A stretch of DNA of 23,973 bases from Piedraia hortae CBS 480.64 (lineage: Eukaryota). The translations under genes were made by a program, and so were the position numbers. Positions 20,201 to 23,973 of this stretch are shown piece by piece. The stretch's first letter is position 1, and every line of letters starts with the position of its first letter. Under the pieces are notes generated by a model that was given only the letters and a program-made list of their open reading frames with translations, was not told where the DNA came from and searched no databases. Location of the stretch: the NCBI GenBank assembly GCA_010093745.1, contig MU005997.1, positions 124,001-147,973 of the forward strand. Direction: 5' to 3'.

Positions 20201-21954
20201 CTACTCATCCTTGACAAGCAGCACAGGCGCCACATACTGCCGTTTGCCCAGAAGTACATAGTAAACGGCAGCAATGAGGCAGACCAGCAAGAACATAAAC
20301 AGCGAGTAGTTGGCAGACTCTTTCCACCAATTTCCCTCCGACGTATACGGAGCCGAGGGGAAAAAGGCAAAGATGAAGCCGATGATGAGCCAGCCGAGGG
20401 AGATGTCGTTCACAAGGCCGCCCCATTTGCCCAGCGAGAAGCGCGCGTGCAACAGCGGCTGTCCCCGTAACCTCTTTAGTCTCATGCAGCCAATAGAGAT
20501 GATATAGGAGAAGATGAGGGCCGCATTCGACACGCTGGTGACGGCGTTGAAGGCAGTATTAGAGCCAAAGTTGATGACTGACAGCACAATCGACACGCCA
20601 AGACAGATGAGCAGCGCGTTGACGGGAATCTCCCACGTCGGCGGCACGTATCTGATCTTGGACGAGAACGGGAGGCCTCGATCTCGGCTAAAGGCCCAGA
20701 TTTGCCGAGAGGCGCTTGCAACCGTGGTAACGGTTGAGAAGAAGAGCAAGATGACCAAGGTGCTGCCCAGAACGCAAGTTCCCGCCTTCGATTTTGTCGC
20801 CGCGTACAAGATATTGACAATGGGATAGTCTGTCGTAGCATCAATGACCTGTGATTGTAGGTCTGTGATGCAGAAACTAAACACGGTCAGCCAAGCAGTA
20901 ACTTGATGGGCAACACGAACCAAAAGGTGATGAGCATGACGACTCCGAGGACGCCGTTGCCTACGATAGCCCAAAGCATGGCTCGTGGAAGCTGTACAGA
21001 TGCATCCTTGAGTTCTTCGGACATATGAGCACCGGCATCAGGTCCAATAAAACACCAGATGGGAGTCGTCAGCCCAACCAAGCATGACAGGCCCATGTTG
21101 CTCCATCCACCGCCGTTGCTGTTTTGTTAGAACGATTCTTTAAAAGAGCAGGAAACTTACTAGAAGCTGCCAAAAACCTGTGGAGCTGGTGCATGCTTCT
21201 CCGGCATGATCCAGAGAGTGAGGAGAATGGCGAAAAAGGCAAAGATGTGAAGAAAAAGAATTAGTCCTTCAGCCAACGGCAGATGTTGTGCAAAGAAGAT
21301 GTTGAAGCAGACGGTCAGAATGATAAACGCAAAGACCATCAGAGTCATCTGCCAGAGGCTGTCGACGTTTGCATCAGGGTAAACGACAAGCACCATGGCC
21401 TGGATGAGGCCGGACAGCTGCATGCACAACGAAGGCACGCCTGCTATCCAGCCAAGGCAGCAACACCAGCCAACAATATATGAGAGAGAGCACTGCAGTG
21501 ACCTGGGTGCAAATTCGCTGACCTGCTGCTGTCAGTCTGTGATTTCGAGGTACAAAATTGATAATACCCAATGGTATTGGCCTACATCGAGTTAGCTGGG
21601 CATACATTCGACACAAGACGACTAACCCCCTGCAGTTGGCGCCATGCTGGCCATCTCAGCCAGCGAAGCAATGGTGGCGGTCATCAAGAGCCATACGGCA
21701 ATTGTGCACCAGATGACTCCGCCGGTGCCACCGTTCATGAGACCTGGATAATTCGACAGCAGAGCTCCCTCCCAAGTGGCCTGCAACAAGGAGACGAAGC
21801 CAAGGATTGGAAGAAATCGGAAATTTCTTCGAAGCTCTTGGGCTTTTCCCATGCGTTGCATCTCATGGTGGTCTGCCGATGAGCCTCCTTTGGCAGACAC
21901 ATCTGGCTTACCATCACAGGACTCGTCGGCTGAGTGATGAGAATATGCAGTCAT
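20201..21954 (-). CDS. APC-superfamily amino-acid permease (ACT / GABA-choline type), 5 exons, ~525 aa
   Basis: Exons 21954-21627, 21581-21568, 21522-21161, 21118-20921 and 20876-20201 sum to 1578 nt, in frame. Introns of 45, 45, 42 and 44 nt have GT..AG ends and CTRAC branch sites. Motifs: MQRMGKAQELRRNF, SLAEMASMAPTAGGQYHWVSEFAP, DAGAHMSEE, ASRQIWAFSRDRGLPFS, FSLGKWG. Confidence 0.94.
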
Positions 21955-22426
21955 TGTTGGAGAGAAGGAGAGGAAGGAGGAATAAAGGATGCGTGGGGAG
22001 CAAGGGCTTGATAAAAGTAGTGGTACCGCTGAACAACATCCATTGGACGGGCCGAGGCAGAGGATATGGATTTCATGGACTCGACCGGAGTACCAGAAAA
22101 GACTCGAATCATGCCGAGCATTGCCGTTTGCACAATGCACGCGGGGGATAACCGGGATCCCCGGAAAACGGTCGTGACGCCGGCTGCGCTACCGTGGCTG
22201 CGGCATGTCGACAGATGCAGCTGTCCGCGATCCCTCCCTGGGACAACGGAGACTGCAGGAACCCTACGCCTGTATAACGGTTTTAATTCTGGGGAAATAG
22301 ATACACTTGACAGATCGCACGACGTTTGAACTCGTGGGAAAACGTTGGGTAAGGCGCAACCATGTTTCTTTATTCTCCGGACGCAGGACGCATCCGGATC
22401 CCTAAACGCAAGGTAGATGGACGGAA

Positions 22427-22442
22427 GGGGGGGGGGGGGGGG
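22427..22442 (+). repeat. G16 homopolymer in the divergent promoter
   Basis: Sixteen consecutive G between the permease and Pth11-like start codons. Confidence 0.9.
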
Positions 22443-22565
22443 AAAGGCGGCGGGTTACGCAAACCAACACGCCCGTGACACCCATCCCGTCTCAAGCGCT
22501 CCCCCGTTTGACCGGTCAGTTTAAAAAGTGTACCCAATGAACCTCTGCGCCTGAGACTGCTCAAG

Positions 22566-23617
22566 ATGCGTGCTCACCAAGGCTACGAAGACGCCATCAA
22601 TTTGACCATCAGCATATGTCTGACTTACACCCTCTGCATTGCCATTCTTCGCTTTATTCTCAAACGGCGAGACGGCGGCTCAGACGACATTGTCGTTGGC
22701 ATAGCGACGCTGTTCACAATCAGCAACGCCGTGGCAAACTATCTTTCCTTGGACTTTGGTCTAGGGGCGCCATCGAGCGCCGTCAGATCCGTCGCGAACC
22801 TGAATCGAGCATGCATCGCCAGCTTCGTCATGGGCCTCATCGCCCTATATCTCGCCAAAAGCGCCATGTTGTTTTTTCTTTGTCGCGTCACCCGAAGCAC
22901 ATCGCAGCTGCGCCTCTACCGCTGCTGTCTCGTCCTGATCGGGTTACTAGGCTTGATTTCAATCTTTGCGGCCACTCTGGGCTGCTATTCTAAGCATGGC
23001 TTCTATTGGGCCTTTCATGCCAATCGCTTTAGTTGTCCTAATCAGGTGAGTCTTTGCCGCAAACTATACTTTTCACGCTGACGTTTTAGTCCTCTCGATG
23101 GCTTGCAATCACAGTGCTAGACATTGCGAGTGAGATAATCCTCTTGGCACTGCCAATTGAGCTTGTTTGGGGTTTGCAAATGTCCCTCCGACACAAAGGC
23201 ATCATCTTGAGCGCATTCTACCTCCGTCTGCCCGTTATCGGTCTGTCTGTCGGCAGAGTTTTGTACGCAATGCGCCTCCGTAAACCGCATACGGACCCGT
23301 TTCTTGCCAGCGGCCTTGTCATCATCATGTCCGAGATCCAGCTCGCATATGCGATTGGCGTCAGCACGCTGTCAGCCCTAAAGGCTTTCACAGAGAGCTT
23401 CAACTCTGGCTTTGGACTCGGCTTCGCGCGGAAGGGATCCACCACAACACCGATGACGACGACGACAACCACCACCACAACAACAACCCTGGACTCACCG
23501 CGCGCACGGAACGGCTATCCCGGCGCAGACGACATGGTAATTGTACGCGAGACGGGATACGAGGTCCGGGTGCAGCACGACAGGGTGCCGATGTTGCCGC
23601 GCAAGATGGACCTATAA
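22566..23617 (+). CDS. Pth11-like / fungal rhodopsin-domain integral membrane protein without CFEM, 2 exons, ~335 aa
   Basis: ORFs 22566-23081 and 23114-23617 join through a 44-nt intron at 23046-23089 (GTGAGT...GCTGAC...TAG). About seven hydrophobic segments. Motifs: GSDD, LAKSAMLFFLCR, LDIASEIILLALPIELVWGLQM, AFYLRL, and a poly-Thr tail. Confidence 0.87.
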
Positions 23618-23973
23618 TGTCTGTAATGCAGGTCGTTTGTACATCATGCACATCGTTTGCCCTCTTCCCCTGTATCGTGTACAACAACAGTGCAGTGTAC
23701 ACGTCGTGTAATGCGGCTGTCCACTGACAAGCTTCTTTTGATCTAACTAACCGAATGACAATGGTGATGTACAGGGATTATACCTTTAAAAATCCAAACG
23801 GCGTTGAAGTTTTTTTTCTTTCCTGCATCAAAGCCCACTTGTTCATGCAATGAGCAAACCAGGGATTATTATGCATATGCGGCATGCACATGCAGCTTCA
23901 ACGGCGGTGGTTGGATGCATCTTTTTAGTTGAGGTTATGTGTTGTGAATATGCGGTATATTACGCGCATTATT

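Noticed and set aside
21955..22140. Upstream extension of the permease ORF from the GTG at 22140
   Set aside because: Permease-like sequence begins at the ATG at 21954, which follows a pyrimidine-rich leader and has a good ACAATG context.

Overview
Fungal (filamentous ascomycete, Pezizomycotina-type) nuclear DNA with very short introns (42-47 nt). The two ends carry ordinary, GC-rich, intact genes. Left: a REG1/Hex2-like PP1 regulatory subunit on the minus strand, running off the window edge and missing from the ORF track. Right: a conserved uncharacterised protein with GLWxGxC repeats, a 5-exon APC/ACT-type amino-acid permease and a Pth11-like (CFEM-less) membrane protein. Between them (about 2.0-18.2 kb) is a visibly less GC-rich island of mostly decayed material: (i) a degenerate Penelope-like retroelement (PLE) reverse transcriptase with no visible endonuclease; (ii) a diverged ~270-bp inverted repeat pair that brackets the PLE and an orphan gene; (iii) an internal fragment of the 2-oxoglutarate dehydrogenase E1 gene (KGD1) interrupted by a ~150-bp foreign insert; (iv) an SRPK-like kinase pseudogene and a further pseudogene of a conserved fungal protein; (v) possible tiny DEAH-helicase and P450 scraps; (vi) an intact intron-containing tRNA-Asn(GTT) and two intact orphan genes with disordered N-termini and C-terminal membrane segments. 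The best candidate for something new is the interstitial endonuclease-less PLE with its inverted repeat and possible cargo. All homologies come from manual translation and motif recall, not from database searches.
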